Shown here: positions 8,673 to 16,636 of the stretch, piece after piece | Position numbering within the stretch: position 1 is the first letter of the stretch | Layout: the number at the start of each line of letters is the position of its first letter | Assembly (NCBI GenBank): GCA_037444665.1 | Contig: JBBILZ010000036.1 | Coordinates: 1-26,705 of the forward strand | Direction of reading: 5' to 3' | Origin: a candidate division WOR-3 bacterium | Lineage (GTDB): Bacteria; Hydrothermota; Tepidihabitantia; SM23-42; JAOAFX01 | Length of the DNA: 26,705 nucleotides | Position numbers and translations under genes: made by a program | The notes under the pieces: generated by a model | Told to the model about the DNA's origin: nothing | Database searches by the model: none | Seen by the model: only the letters and a program-made list of their open reading frames with translations

Positions 8673-10256
8673 TTATCCCTTAAGTATCTTTTCTACCTCT
8701 TCTTTATCTACTTCTGTAATATAAGGAATGCCGGAAATATTTGCTGCGTCTTTTGTGAGTGCTGCAATGTCATCGCGTGTAATATAATCAAGGGAGAATT
8801 TCCGATTACCGCACATCAACTGGCGTAAGCCCTGTGCCAATCTCTCAATATATGTATAAACACCAAGTGCACCAGTTGAAAGTTTGTCAAAATCTTTACC
8901 CAATTCGCGTTTTAGTGCTGAAGCAGTTACAAATATCTCTTCTTTTTGATTCCCGAATCTCTCAACAAATACAGGAATTTCTTCTTCTTCAATCTTTTTG
9001 CCAATAGTTTTACCAACCATTGCCGCGCAGACTATAGAACGTGCCATTCCCACAAGTTTTACATAAGGAGCACCAAGAGCCAGTGCTTTGAATATCTGGT
9101 CCTCAAATGCAATACCACCAGCAAATGCAATGGCTGGGACATATTCACCCTTCTTGGCAAGTTTATCCGCATAGAAATAAGTGAGTGAATGGAGTTCTAC
9201 AGGTGGGACGCCCCACTCATTCATCATATGCCAGGGGCTCATACCAGTTCCACCACCAGCGCCATCAACAGTAAGCAAATCTATCTTTGCGATTGAAGCA
9301 TACTTCACTGCCCTGGCAAGGTCTGCTGGACGATAAGCACCTGTCTTTAAGAAGACATACTTTGCACCTGCATTGCGCAATTCCTCAACCCTTTGAACAA
9401 ATGAATCAAGTTCCACCATACCGATCCGTGAATGCCTTTCAAACTCTGAGAATGCCCGTTTTTCAAATGCCTTAATCACATTTTCATCAAGTGGGTCCGG
9501 AAGAACAATATATCCACGCTTGCGCAATTCCTGTGCCTTTTTCAAATCTTTTATTTTAACTTCACCACCAATATCCTTTGCACCCTGTCCCCATTTCAAC
9601 TCTACTGCCTCAACACCCAATTTCTGAATCGCATATTCCTGGACTCCAAGTCTTGTATCTTCAACATTTGCCTGAACTACAATTGTGCCGTATCCATCAC
9701 GCTGCCATTGTTTGTAGGCTTTTACCCGGTAGTCTAAATCAGGCGCCTTTACAACTTTTCCATTTTTTATTTCTGATTCCATATCCATCGCTGCGACATT
9801 CTCGCCAATCGTCATTATAATACCAGAGATTGCCGCACCAATTGCAATACCATCCCAGTTATTTTTAGCGACATTTGTTGAACCGAGGCCCGGAACTACT
9901 GCAGGAAATCTCACTTTTATTCCTTTATCATGACCAATCCTCTGCTCAATGTTGACATTCGGGAAGATTGCCTTATCCGGGTCAGGGTCAATACCTTGGG
10001 CACCTACTGCGGTTCCCATAATATTAAAATGCGAATAATCAACCGGATAATTCTTCTCTGATGCAGCAGTGATGATACCGAATGGTTGTGGATAGAGCAC
10101 TTCATGACCACGGTATGCGGACTTTCCTATTTCACACATACCAATACAACCATCAACACAGGTTACACACATCCCGCTAAGCGGGACGATTGAATCTTCA
10201 GTTCTATTTTTTGTTAATGTTGCTGCTGATGCATTTATTTTTGATAAAGAACCCAT
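8673..10256 (-). CDS. Stand-alone FMN-binding glutamate synthase (GltB synthase domain)-family protein
   Basis: ELKWGQGAK..GG, TVDGAGGGTG, AGGI, KALALGA; N-terminal CxxCxxxCxxxC; ATG at 10256 with AAGGAG RBS; no amidotransferase domain. Confidence 0.85.
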   Translation of the reverse strand: MGSLSKINASAATLTKNRTEDSIVPLSGMCVTCVDGCIGMCEIGKSAYRGHEVLYPQPFGIITAASEKNYPVDYSHFNIMGTAVGAQGIDPDPDKAIFPNVNIEQRIGHDKGIKVRFPAVVPGLGSTNVAKNNWDGIAIGAAISGIIMTIGENVAAMDMESEIKNGKVVKAPDLDYRVKAYKQWQRDGYGTIVVQANVEDTRLGVQEYAIQKLGVEAVELKWGQGAKDIGGEVKIKDLKKAQELRKRGYIVLPDPLDENVIKAFEKRAFSEFERHSRIGMVELDSFVQRVEELRNAGAKYVFLKTGAYRPADLARAVKYASIAKIDLLTVDGAGGGTGMSPWHMMNEWGVPPVELHSLTYFYADKLAKKGEYVPAIAFAGGIAFEDQIFKALALGAPYVKLVGMARSIVCAAMVGKTIGKKIEEEEIPVFVERFGNQKEEIFVTASALKRELGKDFDKLSTGALGVYTYIERLAQGLRQLMCGNRKFSLDYITRDDIAALTKDAANISGIPYITEVDKEEVEKILKG

Positions 10257-10320
10257 TTTATCTCCTTTCATAAAACAAACCATAAGTAAAGAATAAAAAA
10301 TTATGTGACTCCATTGTTTC

Positions 10321-10802
10321 AAATCCGAAATTCCAAACACTAAATCCTAAACAATATCCAATTCCCAAATTTCCAAATTTGGCAGTCATTTGCTTTTCTC
10401 AAGAATAGAACCAAATATTTTAGTCAATTCATTGGCTTCGTTAATCAAATATTCCTTTTTCTGTTTCTGCTCATCTTTAGGTATCGTTAATCGTAACCAG
10501 TACCGACTTTCCTTTGCTTCTTTTTTGCATATCTTTATTCTCATGCAGAAATCTTTCTTGCTCAACGATTCATTCGCCTCTATATAATTTGCGCCAACAG
10601 AACCTGAAGATTTAACTAACTGTTTACCATTTTCAATATTGGGAATTGTCTTAGGAAGTTGAGTAACATATTCGTTTACTCTTTTAGCAAAAAGATAAGT
10701 TCTTTCTTCTAAGTCGTATTGTTTGGAATTTGTAGTTTGTAATTTTGGAATTTGTTTAGAATTTAGAATTTCGGATTTGGGATTTGAAGATATTTTATCC
10801 AT
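10321..10802. mobile_element. Cassette: four-helix-bundle gene between inverted heptamer-repeat (AAATYCN-type) arms
   Basis: Arm 10321-10382 (AAATCCGAAATTCCAAAC...) is inverted relative to arm ~10722-10786 (...GAATTTCGGATTT); homologous arms recur at 15425-15598 and 16392-16631. Confidence 0.6.
10386..10802 (-). CDS. Four helix bundle protein (23S rRNA IVP / TIGR02436, Avd-like fold)
   Basis: YDLEERT..F, KQLVKSSGSVGANYIEANESLSKKDF..RIKICKKEAKESRYWL; the first ~28 aa are encoded by the heptamer-repeat arm. Confidence 0.9.
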   Translation of the reverse strand: MDKISSNPKSEILNSKQIPKLQTTNSKQYDLEERTYLFAKRVNEYVTQLPKTIPNIENGKQLVKSSGSVGANYIEANESLSKKDFCMRIKICKKEAKESRYWLRLTIPKDEQKQKKEYLINEANELTKIFGSILEKSK

Positions 10803-10807
10803 TCTTG

Positions 10808-11506
10808 CTACTCGCTACTTGCTACTTTTTTTCCTTCTCTGACGCATGTTCCACAATCACCGGTTGTTCCCATCCAGCATTGATAATCCTCATATTGTTC
10901 AATACAGGTGGGTTCAAGGCTTAGACAGGCATTACATATATCAGTTGGTGGCTCTGGTCCCTGACACCTCAACTGGCACGCTGGGCAGATATAGATACAT
11001 CCACCGCATAATCTACAAACTTCTGAACGAATATTGAACGGTGTTGCAATCTTTTTCTTATATCCTCTTTCTACAAAACTGATTGCACCCGATTGCATCT
11101 GCTCCTTGCACATACGAACACACAGACCACAGAGCACGCAGTCATCGTTTCGCACCTTAAAACGAACCTTTGTAACATTGAACTTTGATGCCAAATCCTG
11201 AATAGTTTTTGATTGGGGAGAGATTGATAATAATAGTTCAATCATCATTTTCCGGGCATTTATTACCCTTTTTGTATTCGTTCTCACAACGAGCCCTTCT
11301 TCAACCGGATATGTGCAGGAACTGACAAGCTTCGCGTTATCTTCTTGTTTTATTTCAACCAGACACAAGCGGCAGCCACCATAAGGTGAAAGACCTTCGT
11401 AGTAACAGAGCGTAGGAATTTCGATGCCGTAGAATTTACAGGCGTCCAGGATAGTTGAACCTTCTTCAACCTGAACTTCAAGTCCATTCAGTTTAAATGT
11501 TATCAT
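10808..11506 (-). CDS. NuoG/HydA N-terminal-like Fe-S subunit (2Fe-2S, 2x4Fe-4S) without a catalytic domain
   Basis: IPTLC...GGCRLC...SSC; CVLCGLCVRMC; CRLCGGCIYICP; Cys-rich C-terminal tail; only 232 aa. Confidence 0.85.
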   Translation of the reverse strand: MITFKLNGLEVQVEEGSTILDACKFYGIEIPTLCYYEGLSPYGGCRLCLVEIKQEDNAKLVSSCTYPVEEGLVVRTNTKRVINARKMMIELLLSISPQSKTIQDLASKFNVTKVRFKVRNDDCVLCGLCVRMCKEQMQSGAISFVERGYKKKIATPFNIRSEVCRLCGGCIYICPACQLRCQGPEPPTDICNACLSLEPTCIEQYEDYQCWMGTTGDCGTCVREGKKVASSE

Positions 11507-11517
11507 TTTTTACTCCT

Positions 11518-13311
11518 TTACTGAACTAATACTGCTTCAAAACGGCATACCTGTAAACAGGAGCCGCATTTGGTGCATTTATTCGCATCAATAATGTGAA
11601 CCTCTTTCCTCTTACCTGTAATTGCGTTTGCCGGGCAAACCTTGAGGCAAGCCATACATCCAGTGCATTTTTCTGGGAGGATTGAGTATTTGATTAAAGG
11701 CTTGCAAACTTTTGCTGGGCATTTCTTCTCTTTTATATGGGCGATGTATTCGTCTTTAAAGTATCTCAATGTAGAAAGAACTGGATTTGCTGCGGTCTGG
11801 CCCAATCCGCACATTGAGGCATCTTTTACTGCGTATGCGAGCTCTTCAAGAACCTCAAGGTCTTCCATTGTTCCTTCACCATCAGTAATCTTACCAAGAA
11901 TTTCCCACATTCTTTGCGTGCCCTCTCTGCAGGATAAACACTTGCCACAGGATTCATCCCTTAAGAAGTTCATAAAATACTTTGCCACATCAACCATACA
12001 GGTATCTTCATCCATCACAATCATACCGCCTGAGCCCATCATTGAACCGGCCTGTTTCAGAGTTTCATAATCAATGGTTAAATTAAGAAGTTTTTCTGGG
12101 ATACAACCACCAGAAGGTCCACCGGTTTGGACTGCCTTGAATTTTTTATTTTTTGGAATGCCACCACCAATCTCATAGATAATGTCCTTTAGTTTAATCC
12201 CCATAGGCACTTCTACAAGACCGGTATTATTTATCTTACCGACGAGTGAGAAAATCTTTGTTCCTTTGCTTGTCTCTGTGCCGATTGACGCAAACCATTT
12301 AGCACCTTTATCAATAATCTGTGGCACATTTGCCCAGGTTTCTACATTGTTGATTACAGTCGGCTTTTTCCATAAACCCCTTTGAACAGGGTAGGGTGGA
12401 CGCTGTTTTGGAACACCAATCCTTCCTTCTATTGCAGCAATGAGTGCTGTTTCTTCTCCAGAGACGAATGCACCTGCGCCCCTTGAGACCTCAATATCAA
12501 AATCAAATCCCGTGCCTAAGATATCCTTACCCAAAAGTCCATATTTTCTTGCCTGTTCAATAGCCAGTCTTATCCTCTTTAATGCAAGTGGATATTCGGT
12601 TCTAACATAGATGTATCCTTTTTGAGCGCCGATTGCCTTTGCTCCAATTATCATACCTTCAATCACTGCATGGGGGTCTGCCTCAAGGACACTACGGTCC
12701 ATAAATGCGCCAGGGTCTCCTTCATCACCGTTGCAGATGATGTATTTTCCATTCCCGGGTTGTTGTCTGCACCTTTCCCATTTCAAGCCTGTAGGGAATC
12801 CTGCGCCACCACGACCTCTCAATCCAGATTCTTTTATCTCTTTTATAATCTCTTCAGGCTTCATTTTGGTTAATGCCTTTTCCAGGGCTTTATAACCATC
12901 AAAGGCAATATACTCATCAATATTTTCCGGGTCTATTCTGCCGCGATTGCGTAGAACAATCAACCTTTGAAGCTTGAAAAATCCAATATCTGACATTCTC
13001 GGAACAGGCATTGCTTCTGCTGGTGGTGTATACATCAATTTTTTAACTGGCCTTCCTTTTAACAGATGTTCTTCAACCAGAAAAGGTATATTCTCTTTTT
13101 TAAGTCTTTGATAGAATATACCATCAGGCTGAACAACTACGATGGGTCCTCTTTCACAAAAACCATTACAGCCAGTTGAAATTACTGCTATTTCGTCCTG
13201 TAGTTTCCGTTTATTTATCTCTTTGACCAATGCTTCTCTTATCTCATAAGAACCACCTGCAACACACCCTGTTCCAGCACAGACCAGTAAGTGCATTCTA
13301 TAACCCTTCAA
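11518..13311 (-). CDS. HydB/HndC/NuoF-like NADH/FMN-binding subunit of a HydABC (Bfu)-type oxidoreductase
   Basis: N-terminal 2Fe-2S (CAGTGC, GCNGFC), GRGGAGFPTG, NGDEGDPGAFMDRS, GEETAL, GGPSGG, ESCGKC..C, C-terminal 2x4Fe-4S; TTG start with AGGAGG RBS. Confidence 0.92.
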   Translation of the reverse strand: MKGYRMHLLVCAGTGCVAGGSYEIREALVKEINKRKLQDEIAVISTGCNGFCERGPIVVVQPDGIFYQRLKKENIPFLVEEHLLKGRPVKKLMYTPPAEAMPVPRMSDIGFFKLQRLIVLRNRGRIDPENIDEYIAFDGYKALEKALTKMKPEEIIKEIKESGLRGRGGAGFPTGLKWERCRQQPGNGKYIICNGDEGDPGAFMDRSVLEADPHAVIEGMIIGAKAIGAQKGYIYVRTEYPLALKRIRLAIEQARKYGLLGKDILGTGFDFDIEVSRGAGAFVSGEETALIAAIEGRIGVPKQRPPYPVQRGLWKKPTVINNVETWANVPQIIDKGAKWFASIGTETSKGTKIFSLVGKINNTGLVEVPMGIKLKDIIYEIGGGIPKNKKFKAVQTGGPSGGCIPEKLLNLTIDYETLKQAGSMMGSGGMIVMDEDTCMVDVAKYFMNFLRDESCGKCLSCREGTQRMWEILGKITDGEGTMEDLEVLEELAYAVKDASMCGLGQTAANPVLSTLRYFKDEYIAHIKEKKCPAKVCKPLIKYSILPEKCTGCMACLKVCPANAITGKRKEVHIIDANKCTKCGSCLQVCRFEAVLVQ

Positions 13312-13419
13312 GAAATCCTCCTTTCAAAAAGATGGTCTAAAGGTTAGGGTTGGGAAGCTCGTATCGTTATAAGAGTTTTTGTTACCAGCATCTTAACCCT
13401 AACCCAATTACCATCTGTG

Positions 13420-13803
13420 TTAATGTGTCGTTTCACTTCCCACAGCAAGGGCATATTCTTGCACAATATTACCCTTTAGCACATGCTCGGCAAATATCTT
13501 TTTAATTTTTTCCGGAGTCAGGTCCACATATTTTACCGGTGGTTTATCAATAAGTTCCACAGTTGCCATCGGTTCTCTGCTACATAATCCTGCACAGCCA
13601 GAAGTTGTAACAATCACATCGGTCACTTTCTTTTTTTCTATCTCGCTCATCAAAGTGGTCAGGATGTCACGGGCACCAGCTGCAATACCACAGGTTCCCA
13701 TATGGACTGTAATCCTTGCCCTTGCCTTGCCTTCTCTCAGCACCCTTGTCTTTGCAACCTTTTCTCTTATTTTCTCCAAATCTCCTATTTTAAGTTTTTT
13801 CAT
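13420..13803 (-). CDS. Thioredoxin-like 2Fe-2S ferredoxin (HydD/HndB-like)
   Basis: VHMGTCGIAAGA and TSGCAGLCSREP motifs; AAGGAG RBS. Confidence 0.88.
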   Translation of the reverse strand: MKKLKIGDLEKIREKVAKTRVLREGKARARITVHMGTCGIAAGARDILTTLMSEIEKKKVTDVIVTTSGCAGLCSREPMATVELIDKPPVKYVDLTPEKIKKIFAEHVLKGNIVQEYALAVGSETTH

Positions 13804-13841
13804 TATTGCTCCTTTTTTTTGTCAGATATATTTAATTTTCT

Positions 13842-14123
13842 GTAGGGACAACCTTTATGGTTGTCCGAAATTTTTATTTTCAGCCCTTGTGGCTGTCCGA
13901 TGTTTCGGACAGGGATAAACCCTGTCCCTACATTGGGAATTTTGTTTTGTAGGGACAGCCCTTGTGGCTGTCCGTTATTTCGGACAGGGATAAACCCTGT
14001 CCCTACATTGGGAATTTTGTTTTGTAGGGACAGCCCTTGTGGCTGTCCGTTATTTCGGACAGGGATAAACCCTGTCCCTACGTTGTTCCCGTTATTTCGG
14101 ACAGGGTCAAACCCTGTCCCTAC
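13842..14123. repeat. GTAG-family REP array (BIME-like), downstream of RAYT
   Basis: Hairpins GTAGGGACAGGGTTTATCCCTGTCC, GTAGGGACAGCCCTTGTGGCTGTCC and GTAGGGACAACCTTTATGGTTGTCC in alternating orientation; 75-bp tandem unit. Confidence 0.9.
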
Positions 14124-14130
14124 AATTTCA

Positions 14131-14883
14131 TTACTGAGGGATTTCATCCAACAACCCACAGAATTCATAATCTTCATATGATTCCACCATTCCTTTTCGC
14201 ACCGGATTATTTAGAATGTATTGAGCAATCTCTTCTATATCTTCATTTCTTCGCAATATATGGTCATAAAACCTTTCTTGCCATAGTTTTTTGATACCCT
14301 TTTCCCAACCCAAGCGGGTCGTTTTGCTTTTAAATCCACCAATAAATCTTGAAATACTAATTCCCGAATTGGCAGGAGAAATTAACAGATGCAGGTGGTC
14401 GGGCATTAAGCAGTAGACATAAACATTAACCTTTGTTTTATTTTTTTCCGCCACAAGACAATCCAGTATTTTTTTATTAAATTCTTTTTCAGTAAAAAAA
14501 CGATTTTTATTTTTTGCACATATTGTTACAAAATATACATAGGGCAATGAGTAGTCAAAGTCCTTTAAACGAGGAGTTTTCCGCTTTGGTAGCAACAGTT
14601 GGTTTATATTTTTATTTTTTGTGTAGGGACAACCTTTATGGTTGTCCGAAATTTTTATTTTCAGCTGTCCGTTGTTTCGGACAGGGATAAACCCTGTCCC
14701 TACATTGGGAATTTTGTTTTGCTTGTAGGGACAACCTTTATGGTTGTCCGAAACTTTTATTTTCAGCCCTTGTTGCTGTCCACAAACATTTATTTTTTCA
14801 TGTAGGGACAGCCCTTGTTGCTGTCCGCTATTTCGGACAGGGATAAACCCTGTCCCTACATCCTGAATTATTTTGGTAAGCAT
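14131..14883 (-). CDS. REP-associated tyrosine transposase (RAYT/TnpA-REP, HUH Y1)
   Basis: RLKDFDYS, YFVTIC, LMPDHLH (HUH), LWQERFYDH, YILNNP. Core domain about 14131-14595; start uncertain (TTG 14595, or ATG 14883 reading through the REP array). Confidence 0.88.
   Translation of the reverse strand: MLTKIIQDVGTGFIPVRNSGQQQGLSLHEKINVCGQQQGLKIKVSDNHKGCPYKQNKIPNVGTGFIPVRNNGQLKIKISDNHKGCPYTKNKNINQLLLPKRKTPRLKDFDYSLPYVYFVTICAKNKNRFFTEKEFNKKILDCLVAEKNKTKVNVYVYCLMPDHLHLLISPANSGISISRFIGGFKSKTTRLGWEKGIKKLWQERFYDHILRRNEDIEEIAQYILNNPVRKGMVESYEDYEFCGLLDEIPQ
14623..14859. repeat. GTAG-family REP array, upstream of RAYT core
   Basis: Five complete and two partial GTAGGGACA hairpins of the same three types. 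Confidence 0.9.
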
Positions 14884-15404
14884 CTTTTAATCTCTCTTCT
14901 CAAAAACTTTAAGACCTCAGGATTATTTATCTCTTCACTTCCGAGTAGCTCCTTAATTTGCTTTGTAGAAAATACAAATTCTTGACCGTTTTTTTTATGT
15001 CGGTAGATAATGTCCATATTGGCTCCCCGTGTTCCAATCAGTGCCATTAGTGTTTCGCACATATCGCCCAGAGGTTTTCGGTCAATATGATTATAACACA
15101 TCTGTGCCTTTACAACAGTACCTTTGCCTAATTTTGAATCAATTTCAATCTTACCATCTGCCTCTTTGACACTCTGTGCAAAAAGCGATAAACCCAATCC
15201 AACTCGTCTGACTTTTTTCGTTGTATAAAAGGGGTCAAAAACCTTTTTCAATGTTTCTTTATCAATTCCTCTACCATTATCTTTTATTTTTATTTTTAGC
15301 AAATTTTCTTTTATCCTTTCTTCAATCACTATCTCCACCTTCGTAGCACCAGCATCAATTGAATTTTCAACAATATCAAGGATATGTAGTGACAGGTCCT
15401 GCAT
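14868..15404 (-). CDS. Stand-alone HATPase_c (histidine-kinase-like ATPase) protein
   Basis: DIVENSIDAGA (N box), DNGRG (G1), FDPFYTTK (F), GLGL (G2); no HisKA domain. Confidence 0.88.
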   Translation of the reverse strand: MQDLSLHILDIVENSIDAGATKVEIVIEERIKENLLKIKIKDNGRGIDKETLKKVFDPFYTTKKVRRVGLGLSLFAQSVKEADGKIEIDSKLGKGTVVKAQMCYNHIDRKPLGDMCETLMALIGTRGANMDIIYRHKKNGQEFVFSTKQIKELLGSEEINNPEVLKFLRREIKRCLPK

Positions 15405-15598
15405 TACTCCTCACATAAAATGTTAAATCCAAAATTCCAAGCACTAAATTCTAAACAATCTCTAAATCCCAATTTTTCAAACTTGGTAAATGGACTAATC
15501 TCATTATGTTCTTCATTTAAGTCATATTGTTTGGAACTTGTAATTTGGGAATTTGATATTTGTTTAGAATTTGGGATTTCGGATTTAGAATTTTTCAT
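15404..15598 (-). mobile_element. Internally deleted derivative of the four-helix-bundle cassette, encoding a 64-aa bridging ORF
   Basis: Arms match the 10.3-10.8 kb copy (53/62 and 64/76 by eye); keeps the SKQYDL start of the gene; only ~31 bp between the matched segments. Confidence 0.7.
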
Positions 15599-16344
15599 TT
15601 TAATGAAATCCTTCTTCCACTTTCATTTTTCAATGCCATTTTTATTTCCTTTATCGTTGGTTCTTCAATCAAAAAACTCGTTGTCAACTTTCCGATATCA
15701 TCAAGAAAATGGGCATCAGAACTGCGAATAATTGGGAATTTTTCTATCTCAGGAAATCGCTTAAGGGCATCATCGGTAGTAATATTTTTTGAAATCTCTA
15801 CAGCATCAATTGCTAAATCTTCAGGAATAAATCCCAATTGTCCAATCAGACTGAAACTTTCGCGGTCAATATGCGAGGCGATTGCAATGCCATTTAATTT
15901 ATGGACTTGTTCAACAATCTCATGGACACCTAAACTACATGCGCCTATGAGCAATCTATCATTATATCCTTCAACCTCATCAAACTCATTGGCAATAATC
16001 TGCTCACCAAAGAGTTGTGGATTATTTTTTTCTTCAGGAAGTGATTGATAAACAAGTTCCTGTAATTTCTGCACTGCTTTTAATTCGTTAAAAAGTCCGA
16101 TAATATGAACTTCTTCTTTTGTGCAGATTTCCATACCAGGAAGCACCTTTAAAGATGGACATATATTTTTTGCGGCGTTAATTGCATAACACACATTCTC
16201 AGCAGAATTATGGTCGCAGATTCCTATGATATCGGGCATAGTAAATCTTGCCTTTTCAACTATTCGTTTTGGCGACATAGTCAAATCTCCGCAAGGAGAG
16301 AGGCAGGTGTGAATGTGGAGGTCTGCGCGATACCATTTTAGCAT
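15595..16344 (-). CDS. PHP-domain phosphoesterase
   Basis: ADLHIHT, ICDHN, PGMEI, EVHI, ASHIDR, SSDAH; ATG at 16344 preferred (alternative 16386 adds a repeat-derived peptide). Confidence 0.88.
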   Translation of the reverse strand: MLKWYRADLHIHTCLSPCGDLTMSPKRIVEKARFTMPDIIGICDHNSAENVCYAINAAKNICPSLKVLPGMEICTKEEVHIIGLFNELKAVQKLQELVYQSLPEEKNNPQLFGEQIIANEFDEVEGYNDRLLIGACSLGVHEIVEQVHKLNGIAIASHIDRESFSLIGQLGFIPEDLAIDAVEISKNITTDDALKRFPEIEKFPIIRSSDAHFLDDIGKLTTSFLIEEPTIKEIKMALKNESGRRISLK

Positions 16345-16631
16345 GAAAGTAGCGAGTGGAGAGTAGAAAGTAGAGAGAAGTTGCATTTTTTAAATTCTAA
16401 ATTCCAAGCACTAAATCCTTTGCTATAATGGTTTTTAGTAAAAAACTGTTGGGCATAGATGCCAGTATGGTCTGATGTTAAATGTTGAGAGTTTAATAGA
16501 TTTTTCATCTTAAGACTATGCCTATTAACAATACTGGTTGCGATGCCGTATAACCTATGACCATGCCTGTTGCTAAGAAATTGTTTAGAATTTAGGATTT
16601 CGGATTTGGAATTTAAAGATATTTTATCCAT
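16338..16631 (-). mobile_element. Second derivative of the four-helix-bundle cassette with an unrelated interior, encoding a 97-aa bridging ORF
   Basis: 16581-16631 matches 10752-10802 at 48/51; 16392-16419 matches 10321-10348 at 25/28. Confidence 0.65.
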
Positions 16632-16636
16632 CTATT

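Noticed and set aside
8533..10340. Extended N-termini for gdhA (8589) and the GltB-like gene (10340) given by the ORF track
   Set aside because: Downstream ATGs at 8532 and 10256 have good RBSs and sit at the apparent domain starts; the extensions run into intergenic repeats
10386..10802. Diversity-generating retroelement suggested by the Avd-like fold
   Set aside because: No reverse transcriptase and no TR/VR pair with adenine-specific mismatches seen in the window
13655..14805. Plus-strand ORFs 13655-13918, 13861-14181, 14037-14294 and 14599-14805
   Set aside because: Antisense readings of REP repeats or real genes, with no independent coding evidence
13842..14859. Regularly spaced palindromic repeats resembling a CRISPR array
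   Set aside because: The intervening sequences are repeated rather than unique, orientations alternate, each unit begins with GTAG, the arrays flank a RAYT, and no cas genes are present
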